Positions 10,073 through 22,010 are shown, counted from the whole stretch's first letter. The stretch is DNA of 63,398 bases, filler included, from Chrysochromulina tobinii (GCA_001275005.1; 6 parts of 6 records of this genome joined end to end with filler, not necessarily neighbours in it); one strand, 5' to 3'. Numbers and translations are program-made. The notes: a model not told the origin generated them from the letters alone.

Positions 10073-11055
10073 ATGGCGGCTCGAGGCTACGGTAATGCCT
10101 GGGGGCGGGGCCGTGTGCTGCTGCTCGTCGCGACGTTGAGCATCACCATCGCACAAAGCTCGCACCCCTCGGTGACATGTAACGATGCTAACTCACACCC
10201 ACATGCGAATCGGCAGCCCTGCTGCAGAACATGCCCCTCGTCGCATCCTTATTGCTCGATCAGCTGCTACTATAATAGCGGGCAGACGTGCACGGGCGGA
10301 TGTGCTATCGGCCTCTGTACTTGCAGGGGCGAGGCTGTGTGCTACGCGTATGCAACTATCCCTTGCCCAACACCATCACCATCGCCTACACCACATTTGC
10401 ACTCACCGCCGCCACCCTCGCTGCCACAGCCCTCGCCCTCGCCGCCTCCGCCCCTCCTTGCTGTAAGCACTGTCAACGGAATCACATACTATTCAGGGTC
10501 TGGCTCGAGCTGGACCGTACCACAGTATTCGCCACTGGTGTCCTATGCTTGCCAGTACAACCTGTGCACGATCACGGCTCCCTTTGATGGCACGGCCTCA
10601 GACCCGCTTGGAAATTCCATCGACTTTGCTGGACCGAACTACCAAGCATTGCCATATTCCTACACTATTGAGATGAGCGCTCGCTACGCGTTTTCAAGTT
10701 GGCGGGTTGCAGGCCAGACCTGGTATCGCTTCGGGCAGGTGCACCTCAAGTATGCGGACACTTCGGGGACACTCGTTACCGTTCCTGGCTCAAACACCGA
10801 CTTCACAACCATCCCCAATGGGGAGTTTGCGTATGGCACCTTTGGCAGCCCAGTGACCGCATCTCGCTGGCAAGTAGTCATCACGTCTTACGCGAACACA
10901 GATTATCAGGCGAGGTTCCAATGCTACCTTCGAGAAGTCCAGTTTGGAACCGCCGGAGCCGCCGCCACCTCCTTGCCGCCGCCGCCGCCCTCGCCGCTGC
11001 CGCCCTCACCCCCGCCGCCTCCGCCCTCGCCGCCTCCGCCCTCGCCGCCACAGCC
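10073..11055 (+). CDS. Secreted Cys-rich/Pro-rich protein with a discoidin/F5-8-like beta-sandwich; 3' partial
   Basis: Hydrophobic signal (VLLLVATLSITIAQS), Cys-rich segment, PPPSP linkers and FGSPVTASRWQVVIT...LREVQF; runs into the spacer. Confidence 0.7.
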
Positions 11056-11155
11056 NNNNNNNNNNNNNNNNNNNNNNNNNNNNNNNNNNNNNNNNNNNNT
11101 TAATTAATTAANNNNNNNNNNNNNNNNNNNNNNNNNNNNNNNNNNNNNNNNNNNN
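11056..11155. other. Artificial contig spacer
   Basis: N-run + TTAATTAATTAA + N-run, 100 bp. Confidence 0.98.
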
Positions 11156-11530
11156 GGCGAGGGCGGTGGAGGGGAGGGTGACGGCGGAGAAGGTGGTGGC
11201 GAGGGCGGCGGCGGGCTCGGAGGCGGGCTTGGCGGCGGTGGCGATGGGGGTGGTGAGGGCGGTGGAGCTCGGGGAGGTGGTGAGGGTGGAGGCGGCGACG
11301 GCGGTGGCGGCAGCGGAGGCGGCGATGGAGGTGGAGAAGGCGGAGGCGGACTCGGTGGCGGTGGGGACGGTGGTGGAGACGGTGGGGGTGGCGACGGTCG
11401 TGGGGGCGCTGGTGGAGGCGACGGCGGCGGTGGAGAGGGTGGAGGTGGTGAAGGCGGTGGTGGCAGAGGCGGCGGCGAGGGCGAGGGCGGCAGAGGCGGA
11501 GGCGGGGGCGATTGCGGCGCAGGTGGGGGT
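11156..11530 (-). repeat. PPPSP-type low-complexity tract (coding status unclear)
   Basis: One minus frame reads EEPPPAPQSPPPPPLPPSPSPPP...; it starts just after the predicted stop at 11534. Confidence 0.6.
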
Positions 11531-11533
11531 TCC

Positions 11534-14500
11534 TCACGCGAAAAACTTTGGCTTTTCCTGACCCGTCTGTGTCACCACACAGGCACCGAGCAACGCGTCA
11601 GTCGTAGTGTCAGGGCATCCGGGCGTCAGACAGGGTGTCAGGGTGTCAGGAACATACCGTGCTCCAGCCGTCTTGGGTTGCCATCGCCCTGTAGTTGCTG
11701 CAGGATGGGTTGGCAATGGCAAGAAATACCTTGTCTTCTCGCGGGGGCTGCTCGGCAGCCGGAGCCCCATGCAAATCTCTACCCTGTGTACTCAAACATG
11801 AGTCTGAGTCGGGTGCAAGGAAGGACTATGAGTTCAACTGGGCAGCGCACTGCGTCAAAAAGGCAAGTAGGGGCTTGCATGGGCGACGAGGGCATGCCAA
11901 ACTCTGTCATCAGTGCACGGCCTTGAATAGAAAAGACGAGCTTGACAAGGGTGCCAGCTGCCGCGTCATCCTCAACTATCCGGATGTCACGGTGGAGCTT
12001 CTGCGGCCCTGCCGGCGTCTCGCTTGGAAGTGTTGTTGTGACCACCGCGTCAACAATGCACGCTTCGAGGCCGACACGCTCTTCAACGTAGCGGACGACC
12101 TCCGGGTTGGCCAACACCTGTAACAGTGAGGGGATTGTCTTACTGCAAGCAGGGACAAGGAGGTAAGGGAGATAGATATGAGTGGCGCACCTGATTTTTC
12201 ACTTGATGCCAAACCAAAACCTTGTCAAGGACAAAGTCCTTGCGCCCATTCAGGCCCTGTTTATGACGTGGCTTCTTCTTCACCATCTTTTCGACATGCT
12301 CACGCAATTCTGGTGAAATATTGAGAGCTTGCAAGGGCATCGGCGACGGCGATTTGAATTCAAACTCTTCTTGGGTCAGCGCACGGTCGGCGCAGCCCTC
12401 GCAAAGATCCCAGTCGCAACTAGGACAACCCCAAAAGTACTGCCCAAACCCGATGGTTTGCCGACAGACATCGCAGGTAATAGTTTTGACCTCCTCGCCC
12501 GTGTCGTCGTCCACGAACGACTTCCATTCGCAGTGCTTGAAGTTTGCTTCGCACCCTTGCGTGCAGCGTCTCGAACGTGCCCACGCGCGCGCGCTGCTTC
12601 GGGGGGTCTTTGCACGCGTCTTCTCCGTCGACCTCCCGGCGACTGCCGTCGTTGCCTCCCCCGTCCTCGGTGTCTCCGCCGTCCTCGGTGTCTCCGCCGT
12701 CCTCGGCGGTGTCTCCGCCGCCTTCTTCCCTTGGGCTGAAGGAGCCCTTGACTTGCCGAGGGGGGACTGAGCGCCTGGCCCAGCGTGAGCAGCGGACACT
12801 GCCGCCGCCGGCAGCAGGCCATTCGCCGTTCGCAGCTCGAGCAGCTGGTCTCTGATGACCTCGGCGGCATCGAAGTCTTCTCCTGCCACGGCGTTGCTCT
12901 GTAGAGCCCATCAGCATCGAGCGGGGAGCGATTAGCAGCTGAGCAGGTCAAAGCGGCTCAGCACGTGCGCCTTTCTAGGCGGGTCGATTGAGGGTGTGGA
13001 GCGGCATACCTTCTTCCTTTCAAGGTCGGCCAATTGGTGGCCGAGCGCTTTCAGCTCGTCGATGAGAGCCTTCAGTCTCTTCGCCTCTTTATAGTCCTGC
13101 GGCCGGCGGAGGGATAGCGATAAGACTGAAAGCAACTTAGAAAGCAACATCACAAGGCCACGTGGCAGGGCGCAGGTAGGGCGCAGGCGGCTAGCGTGGC
13201 GACATGCGTCCAAGGCCAAGCGGCGCGCGCGTGTGGCGTGACGTTCCTCCGCTTTGACTGCCAGCTTTTTTTGCCGGTCGAGATCTTGCACCTTCACGAT
13301 CACAGACGGATCCATGGCGGCGCCAAGTTCCTCATGGGCCCGTGGCGGCTCCATGGCGGTGCCAAGTTCCTCATGGGCCCGTGGCGGCTCCGTCAAGGCT
13401 GCCGCCGACATGGTGTTGCTGACGACGTGCGTGCGGAGGTCACCGCTGACGTGCGTGCCGCGGCTCAAGGCGCCGCCGTCGACCATGGCGGTGACGGACG
13501 CAGATGGGATTGAGGGGATGGCGGTGGCGGTGGTGACGGCGACCGTGCCCGCGGTGAAGGCGGTGGGGGTGGAGGAGGCGGCAGTGAAGGCGGAGGCGCG
13601 TGCCATCGCGGCGGGGGTGGAGGAGGCGGCAGTGAAGTCGGAGGCGAGTGCCATCGGGACAGCGAGGCTGTAGACGGCTCGGGGGATGTCAGCGGCAGGG
13701 GAGTGACTGATGAGAAGTGGCGTGGCGTTGGCGATAGGGAGGGCGATAGGGAGGTTGGTGGCGGCGCTCTCGTCAACTGCAAGTCCTGAATGGTAAGGAC
13801 ACAGGCGCGACTGCCACTGGCGGTGAGGCAATATGTGCACGCAACCCGTAGGAGTCTGGATGACCCTCTCCTTGGCACTCAATTGTTTGTATTTGTGTCC
13901 GCCTGGAACGTCTGGTGCTTGCTCGATCCACGAGTCGGGCTTGAGCATGGTTGACAGCCGACGCACCACCGCAGCGCGATCCGGCTGTCTCACGTTGTAT
14001 CTGCTGTATCTCCCCTGGCCAGAGCCTCTGGGCTGGAATACATGAGCACAATGTGGGACCAGACACATGTTATTGCCACGTGTCGCATTGGATGGTTGCT
14101 GCTGCTGGCTGCCTAGATCGAGGTAGGTCACGCCTTCCATGGCACCCTGACACCGCTCGCCATTGTATCCAGCGCTCGTGCTCGCGCTATGCGCGGGCGT
14201 CTCGGCTCGCCACGTGAGAGCGTCAGGCGCGCTGCCCATCCCTGAGGCGCCGCCGCTGGTGCCGGCTGGGCGCTGCACAAAGCCGGAGATGGCGGCCTCG
14301 TCGTCAGCAGCGCGCTGGGCAGCACCTGCCTGCTTCGCCGCGAAGTCGACGCCATCGAAACTGTAAATCGAGTCGGCCGCGCCGGCGCGCCGGCCGGCGA
14401 TGTCGCCGTCCGCTGCGGCACCGCCCGAGTACGTCTTAACTCCGAAAGGCAATTGCCACGGGCTGACATACTCACCGGACTCAGACAGATGCAGCCGCCC

Positions 14501-14731
14501 GTGCCCGTGCCGCAGCCCATCGCGGCATGCGCCCGTGTTCCCGGCGCCGTCAGCCACGATAAGATTACCCTCGCCGCTGTAGGCGTCGTCGCTCTCCCAC
14601 TTGCTATCTGTATTTGCTTGGGCTGCGGCACCCGACTCTGCAACAGCCATGACGTCGCTTTCATTCATACTTGCGATGAAATCCTCCCAATTGATCGAGC
14701 CGTCGAATGCGTCCACGTCTCGCCCTGACAT
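11534..14731 (-). CDS. Multi-exon protein: MORN-like + THAP-like Zn finger + UVR coiled coils + ZZ-like Zn finger + PhyH-like 2OG-Fe(II) dioxygenase
   Basis: ORFs 12932-14881, 12140-12889 and 11779-12117 join in frame via GT-AG introns 12899-13009, 12118-12190, ~11784-11850 and ~11568-11657. Motifs: CLVPHC...W...RLCPYH; KK|SNAVAGEDFDAAEVIRD; CDVC...CPSCDWDLCEGC; PQKLHRD...LFDA|GRDLHGAPA...REDKVFL. Confidence 0.65.
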
Positions 14732-15005
14732 GATGTGCTGCGCCGTCGGACGGTCGGCTCGTGCCCTGGCGTTGGGTCGCGAGACCCTGGGATTGTTGCC
14801 AAAAGGAAGCACTTTGTAATTAATTGGCCCTGGAAACTTCCAAAAAAAAGAAAAGTTTTTCGCGGCGCATAGCGTCCACAAGATAATTTACTTCCCCCTA
14901 CCGGCGACGCTTCCTCACGTTCACAGAGACACTTTCACGCCCTTCACGGCCAAAAACTGAGCTGGCACTCGCGGTCTCCAGCAGCCCGCCCGCGCGTACG
15001 CTGTC

Positions 15006-18000
15006 ATGAGTTGGGTTGGCGGCGCTGCCTATTGGCGCAGCCGGAGAGCCACGAGCGCTGCTGAACCAGAATCAGATGCCGACTCATACGAGTCACCCGA
15101 GGAGGTGCCACTCGCAGAGGACGAGGGCAATCGCCGTAATGCGGCCGCAGCACCGATTGCTGGCGAGGCTCCAACGGCTTGCACACAAGAGGACCATGCC
15201 TACGAGGGTGCCACGCTGATCAGCGAAGCGCTTTACGAGGCTGTGCTGGATATTTACACGCCGAGCAACGAGGTGAAACAAAAAACAGGCCGGCTGCTGC
15301 TTTCGAGCCGCGGTCCAGGGCAGTACCAGCTTTACGAGGGCCTTGATTTGGATGACACTCTGCTTGAGCACGCCGGTCACCTCCAAGCAGCGGCGTCGAC
15401 CACAGATTGTGTGCAATTCGCCGAGCGCATATCCGAGACTGCCTGTCACACTCGGTGCGGTGACAAGTGCAGCGGCGCATGTCGTGTCAGAGCGTTCGTG
15501 CATGCTGGCCCGTTTGGCACCGACTTCTTTTTTGGGTCGCGCGACGACATCGAGCTTGCCATATTGTCTCGTGGCGCGAGCTGCGACGTGTACATATGGG
15601 ACGAGCTCGAGCATCGGACCATGCGAGCGGTCAATAAAAGCCTGGACGCACTGCTCGAGACCCGCCCAGGCCTTGCGATGCGCGCTACGGAGCTGCGGAC
15701 AGTCCCTGGGCAGGTGGATGCGCACACGAGCCGCCAGCCCTTGGGTATGACGCCGACCACTCCGGCTCATTGTGTGCGTGGTCTTTGGGCGTGCCCAGGT
15801 CCTGTATCACTGCGATGTTGCAGAATGGATGAAGTTCTGTTTGGAGCATCCGGATGCGCATCCGCAGCTCCGGTTCGATGCGCTTGTTACTACAGACAGC
15901 CGCGGCAACGTCGAGCGCATGTACGGGGCGCCGCACACCTCCCTCTGGCAGGAACTGATCGAGCAGGAGAGCTTCCCGGGCGGCTTGCCGGATGGTGTTG
16001 ACGTGGTGGGCGGCATGCACGCATTCGACGTGTCAGACGTGCAGCGGGACGGGAGCCGCAAATCAGGCAACTTTTACGGGGCTCCGGCTGGACTGAGCAC
16101 AGAGCTCAGAGGCCACGCTGACGTCTGGCCGCCGATAGCACACTTTCCCTACTGGAAGCATGACGGCTCGGACAGTGGAAAGTCTCGATGGCGCGCACTC
16201 ATGCGCGAGTGCCTGTCCATCATCTTTGCGTGCTACGATGGGCACACCTACATCCGGTGGCGCACCCCCAGCGGGGAGGAGCGGCTGGGGCTGCTCGCGC
16301 TCCAATCTCTCGTCGTTGACGGTGGTGATTACGGCTGGATGGTGAACAACCGAGGGCCCGCCTCGCTGTTTGGCTGTGGGAGGTGCCGAATCCCGAGCTC
16401 CCTGCTACACCAGCCAGTCACGCAGCTGTCACGCTGGCATGCACTGAGGCGAACCTTCAGCCGCGAGATTGCGGATTTGGAACACGCCAAATCCCTACGC
16501 CTTCAAGGGGATCGAGACCGTTATTCGATGCTTTGCGGCATGCAGCCAGACCTAGTACGCAACCCGCTCTATGACGTCTTTGGTTCGCTTACATCATGCG
16601 ATTGGGTCATTGCACGGCTGCTGGCTGTCGAGCCGCTGCATACAATTGATTCAGGCGTTGCGCAAGCCGTCGAGTTGCTGATGATACAGCTTCCACAGCG
16701 TCTTCACGAGGCAATGGGCGAGACGTCGAAGGCGACTTCGCCTGCGGCCCGTTTTGCAGACAGCGTGCTCAAGCAATCTGCGAGAGATCTTCACCGGATC
16801 GTCGCGGCTGTCCCAACGCAGCGGCGCCACTCGACCTGGCCAGTGAGCACAACCACGCGGCAGATCACGCGCGACCGCGGCAAGCTGAAAACGCCCCTTC
16901 CCTTGATCGACTTTCGCTTCGCCAACAGTTGGCACTATCGAGACCTCGGTCGCGTGATGGCGGTGTGGGTGCTGCAACCAACATTTCTGGGTGCAGGCAT
17001 GGATGGTCCCATCACCAATCCTGTCCGAGACATAGACGATTTCTTCGGCAAGTGGCAGCCACGCAGCCCACTCGAAGGTGGGCCGTCGGGTACTTACGTG
17101 TCGCACTCGCACGCCGTTGGGCTTACGGAGCTTGCCTCATTATTGGCGGAGGTGTGGTGTTTGTTCGTGAGCTGGTACGACCTCTTTCTCACTGTGCCTC
17201 TCTCGGAGCGCCAGCTGCAAGACTTGCGCGTTCTATATCACGAATTCCACGAGTCGGCAAAACGGGTCCTCGGTTACAAAGCAACCTGGAAAACGCATCA
17301 AATGGAAGAGGCGCCGGAATCCCGAAGGGACCTCGGCAATCAAATAACTGCCAACCTCTCGGAGTCGGCGCACAAGCTGCCGCGGCTGCTGTTTCGATTG
17401 GCCAGCAATCGCTCGCTGACCGATTTTACAGCGCAGCTCATGCAAGCACGCAACAGGGTAGTTGCGGCACAGCTTCTTCGCAGGCTTTACGAGGGGAGCC
17501 TGAAGCCGTCAGCCGACAACGCGCCGTCAGCCAAAGGCGACTTGTCTCCGTCCCGTCAGACGCACCTCGGGCAGCCTCAGCAAAAATGGACGTTGGAGCT
17601 CACCGTCGACGATCGCCACTGCGTCACGTCACTCGCCAGCTCGTGCGGTATGGCCCAGCAGAACCAAGCCATGCTCCTCGAGGAGCAAGGCTATCAACAC
17701 CTCTTCTGGGCTATCCTTTCCTACCTGAGCAATGGCTCGGCCATCGAATCGCTCGAGCAGGACGGCCGCCACTGGCCTCTCTCGACGCTCGGCGTTCACC
17801 CCTCTATCATGATCGGCCAAACAGGATGCCCAAAGGCGTCGGCAGCCATCAAAATCCCGCTAGAACCCTTTACACAGAACCCAACGCACGCATTTGTCAG
17901 GGTTGATGCCGGCGGTGGCGTCGAATGGTTTGGGCGGGCAGTACTTGGCGCAAGCGTAACCACCGGTTGCGGCGATCATTACCAATTGGTGTACTGCAAG

Positions 18001-18384
18001 TGGCTGGATTACGCGCTGACTGGTATTGAGCGCCTCAAGCTACCACTCCCAACCACCTTCCCATTACACCAGTGGGCGAAGACGTATATGGGCCTACCTC
18101 CAGCTGGGCATGTGCGCGGCCACGCATGGTACGCTACCGACAGTTACGGCATGGTCGACGCTGCAAAGGTGATGAATTGGGAGCCAATCGTGAGCATCGG
18201 CTTGCGCGTATGGCGGCCCACCCCAACGTACCGTAGAGCGTTGGGCCCAAGGGGACAAGGTGTGGATCGTGGTCGGGGACGCGGCCGTGGAGGCAGCCGA
18301 TACTCTGAGCCCGAGCCCGAGGGCGTAGGCGAGCCGCTGTTTGCGAACAATGTGCATGTCTGGAGCTTCGGATCTGGCGAGTAA
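15006..18384 (+). CDS. Plavaka-family transposase (two exons, intron 15714-15798)
   Basis: Splicing gives VPGQ|VLYHCDVAEWMKFCLEHP. Plavaka-like motifs occur in order: RMYGAPHTSLWQE, HAFDVS, FYGAPAGLSTELR, PSGEERL, VVDGGD, CGRC, EPLHTIDSG, WKTHQMEE...LG...SESAHK, then a BAH-like C-terminus (WFGRAV...LVYCKWL). Confidence 0.8.
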
Positions 18385-18998
18385 ATCGAATCGAATCGAT
18401 GGGGGGTATACCTCGCCCTCGACGTCACCGCCCTCGCCCTCACCGCCACCACCCTCGCCCTGGCCGCCTCCGCACTCACCCTCGCCGCCGTCCTTGCCCG
18501 TTGCCCTGGCCACCGCCGCGCTTGGCCTCGCCGCCGCCGCCAGCGCCCCCGCGCCCTCGCCGCCACCGCCCTTGGTAGTGCCTAGTGCGTCGCGCCTCCA
18601 CACCTCCCGTCCCCCCCGCGTGTGTGAGAGAGTCTCTGTGTGCGCCGCTCGCCTGTGTGTCCTCGGACGTGGGAGAGATGACTCAGTTTTTCCCTCAAAA
18701 TATTAGCGAAGGTGGTTTATCTTATATGTCATAGTCCAAATAATAACGAAACCCTGGAAAGTAGAACTTGTTAGAAAAGCCCGGGCCGTCCAGGGATGCC
18801 AGGGTCCATTCCGTCGCACTCATTCCCGACTCCGCTGAGACCACAAGGTTCTGCCTCGACTCGCCTCGACACGACGGACGCCAACGACTGCGCGCATGCC
18901 GTGGCGCTTGTCACACCTCCTGCCCTGTCACAGCCGCCGCCCTTGGATTGGTTGGGGGCACTCACATGGTTTGGTCCTGCCCTCTCACGCTCTCACAG

Positions 18999-20792
18999 AT
19001 GCCCCCACCAACCAGCATCGAGGTGACCTACGGTGGCGAGTTCGGTGCCAAGGAGCAGCACACCTTGAAGAGGAACATGGACGTCTTCATCGACCACGTC
19101 GGCATCGCCAAGGTGCAGGATATCCAGGTCTCAAACGACCAGCTGCTCGTCAGGCTCGAGGACGGCACGCCACCAGTGATGATGGACACGAAGAAGATCC
19201 GCCCACTGTCCACGATCCAAGAGTACGAGCTGCTGCGCCTCCTCAACCTGATCGGCAACAAGCGCAAGATGGTGGCAATCGGCCTGGAGTCGCCGCCGCC
19301 CAAGGTCGACAGCAAGAAGCGTGCGAAGAGGGTCGTCCCGGCGTCCATCCCTGCGACCGACCGCGTCCTTCGTCGCCGCCCGACGATTGCCCACGGTGAG
19401 GAGAGCACCCCCGAATGCCACTTATCACTCACGGATGGTCTCTGAGCGCCTCCGATTTCCTCCCTCATCAGATACGGTGGCCGGCGCTCAGGCCGCCTCC
19501 GAGGACGAAGAGATGGCCGACGACGGCACGGCAAGCTCTGTTGCGGCCGAGACCGACGAGATGGCCGGCGAGGAGGCGGCCGGCGCTCAGGCGGCCGAGA
19601 TGGCCGGCGAGGAGGAGGCCGGCGCTCAGGCGGCCGAGATGGCCGGCGAGGAGGCAGCCGGCGCTCAGGCGGCCGAGGACGACGAGAGGGCCGGCGCCAA
19701 GAGAATGGCCATCCTCCTCGAGAAGGTGATGGATCGCATCGCGAGCCTCGATCAGAAGGTGGATCGCATCGAGAGGAAGTGCGACGCTTCGCGGCGCGAC
19801 GGGGCCGACAGCAACAAGAAGCACAAGTCTTCCGGCAACAAGCCTTCCAAGGAAGCGCGGCGGGCGGTCCCCTTCGAGTGGTCTCGCTTCACGGCGAGCG
19901 ATGACGACACCGATGATGCGCAGCGTCTCAACGAGAAGGAGGCCCACGAGCTACTCCAGCCGTACATCGAGGTGCGTCTTGCCGCGCGCTTCCCAATCCC
20001 ATGTCCTCTTGCGATCGTCCTTACTTACCACGTGGCCGCAGTTGATGGCCAACCTCGCCTTCGAGTGGTTCATGGAAAACCTTGGACCCAAGCTGATGCA
20101 AATCGGCCAAAAGGACACCATGCGCATCGTGTACCTCGCCATCGAGGTGCGCTGCTCTTTCGATCACAGCCCACTCTCTCCAGGCCCTTGCTTCGCCACG
20201 GCTCACGTGAGCCTTTTGCCCGCACCTCTGTCCTCAGGATGGCGCCGAGCTCAGCGAGGAGACGCTCACCGAGCTCACCCACGGCGGCAAGTTTGTTGCG
20301 CTGCGCAAGGCGGCCAACAACATCTTTCGCGACCTTAAGAACCGCTTCTTCAAGTCCATTGTCGGCAAGTGGACTGTGGCCAAGGTCTCGGACGCGATTG
20401 AGAAGGGCGCGCTGAACGACAAGGACACGCTCTTCACGTCCCCATGGGCCAGCATTGGCGAGCAGGGCACGGTCTACGTTGCCTACGGCGAGTCGAACCG
20501 CAAGGAGGATGAGCGCGAGGAGTTCCGCATCCCGGCGACGAACCAGCACTTGCCCGCGTGGTCGGAGACGACCGCGTCGAGGAACCTCATCACGGGCCGC
20601 ACCATCAACCTCCCGTACGTGGGTAGCTACCTCCTGGAGCGCTTCATCGAGGAGCTGACCACCGACGGCAACTTGCCAAAGCTGGACCCGCTGGCCCTCT
20701 TCGTGGCCTACTCGATGGCGAAGGAGTTTAAGATCAACATCAACCATGGCTTCAACCTCCAACTGGCCGCCCAGGAGTGGAAGACGTGGTGA
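18999..20792 (+). CDS. Four-exon hypothetical transposon-associated protein
   Basis: GT-AG introns 19396-19471, 19972-20041 and 20147-20237 give one frame. It contains EYELLRLLNLIGNKRKMVAIGL (YExxRxxNIxxN-type motif) and EMAGEEAAGAQAA repeats. Confidence 0.7.
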
Positions 20793-20848
20793 GCGCAGCT
20801 GGCCCCTGCCCTCTCCTCGTGCCCTCCGCGTCTTTACGTAGCCTCTCG

Positions 20849-20948
20849 NNNNNNNNNNNNNNNNNNNNNNNNNNNNNNNNNNNNNNNNNNNNTTAATTAA
20901 TTAANNNNNNNNNNNNNNNNNNNNNNNNNNNNNNNNNNNNNNNNNNNN
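20849..20948. other. Artificial contig spacer
   Basis: N-run + TTAATTAATTAA + N-run. Confidence 0.98.
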
Positions 20949-21482
20949 CAGCACGGTCTCGAGCTTCTCGATCACGATGAAGGGCAGGCCGTCCGGGTCG
21001 AGGCCGTGCGCGATGGCGCCGAGCACGTGAGGGTGCCGCATCGCCATCAGGAGCGTGCTCTCCGACAAAAGGTCCTCGGACGCCGTCGGGTTTTTGCGTT
21101 GCCGCAGCTTGAGCATCTTGACGACGACATCCTTGCCGTCGAGCTTTGAGAGGAGTGCAACACAGAACTCACCTGAACCGAGCTCTTTCATCGGCTTCTC
21201 AAGCTCATCGAACGTGATCAGGCGCTGGGTCCGATCGACGGTGCTCTCCTTGATGAGCCGTGAATCCGCGCCGCGTATTTGCATGACGACTTTTGTCAAG
21301 CTCGGGGACATGACGGACTGCGAGTCGACGCGTGGTGCAGGCTCAAGCGCCGGCTCGCCCTTAATGTGCTTGGAGACATCGAGCTCGTTGTCTTGTGGGT
21401 TTTTCGACCGCGACCGCGACGCGGTTAGATCCAGCCCAAACAGCTTGGGTCGAGCCTTGCCCTTCGAGGGTGCGCATCCCAT
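20949..21482 (-). CDS. TKL-like protein kinase with an N-terminal MGC acylation motif; 3' partial
   Basis: MGCAPSK start; LGSGEFCVA, VVVKMLK, HPHVL; kinase N-lobe nearly identical to 25998-26272. Confidence 0.85.
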
Positions 21483-22010
21483 GACCGTCCAGCCCCTTTT
21501 CGACACGCTCTCGGTTGGCCGCGGCCCTGCCCTCTATCGATCCAAAAATATGTGCCATCTGAAATCATTCGATCCAAAAATATCGTTTGCCGAGTTCTGA
21601 GGACACCCCCCGATGCGCCCGAGTCTGGCGCACCTTCCTGGATTTAAATATCATTAAATATCATTAAGTATCATAAAAGTGTATTTCCGAGCAACGTTCG
21701 TTTCCCGGTTGCGGCAAGAGTGCGGCAAGTAGAAGTAATACGTGAGCAGCCGTTCGCGCTGATACTGATGAAACTGCGGTTCTTACAACGCAAATGTCAA
21801 ATCACAAAAATTTCTGATTTGCTCAGAAACTTGGTGAGGCCTAAGGGCGGAGGGGGGAAATAACCCATAACCGCATTTTTCGACCGCATTTTTACGTGCC
21901 GTATTTGCTATTTCACACGCTAGGTCCTTGTGCGTAGACACGAATCGTCTTGGTCCATGGTCGTCGCACTGCGCTCTGCGGGGCCATGTTAGGGCCATGT
22001 GCCCGGGCGG

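Larger units (their letters stand above)
11156..20848. mobile_element. Probable large Plavaka-type (CMC/EnSpm-related) DNA transposon with accessory genes; termini not visible
   Basis: The contig contains only a Plavaka-like transposase and two closely spaced spliced genes with TE-associated motifs; no housekeeping gene; no TIRs found. Confidence 0.55.

Noticed and set aside
11056..11155. Apparent inverted Pro-rich tracts and gene neighbourhoods across the N/TTAATTAATTAA blocks
   Set aside because: The spacers are identical artificial linkers; cross-contig adjacency is not biological.
11657..12117. Calling the cargo dioxygenase a TET/JBP enzyme
   Set aside because: The motif context (QxxHxD, LFD..LH) looks PhyH-like; TET/JBP identity cannot be supported without a profile search.
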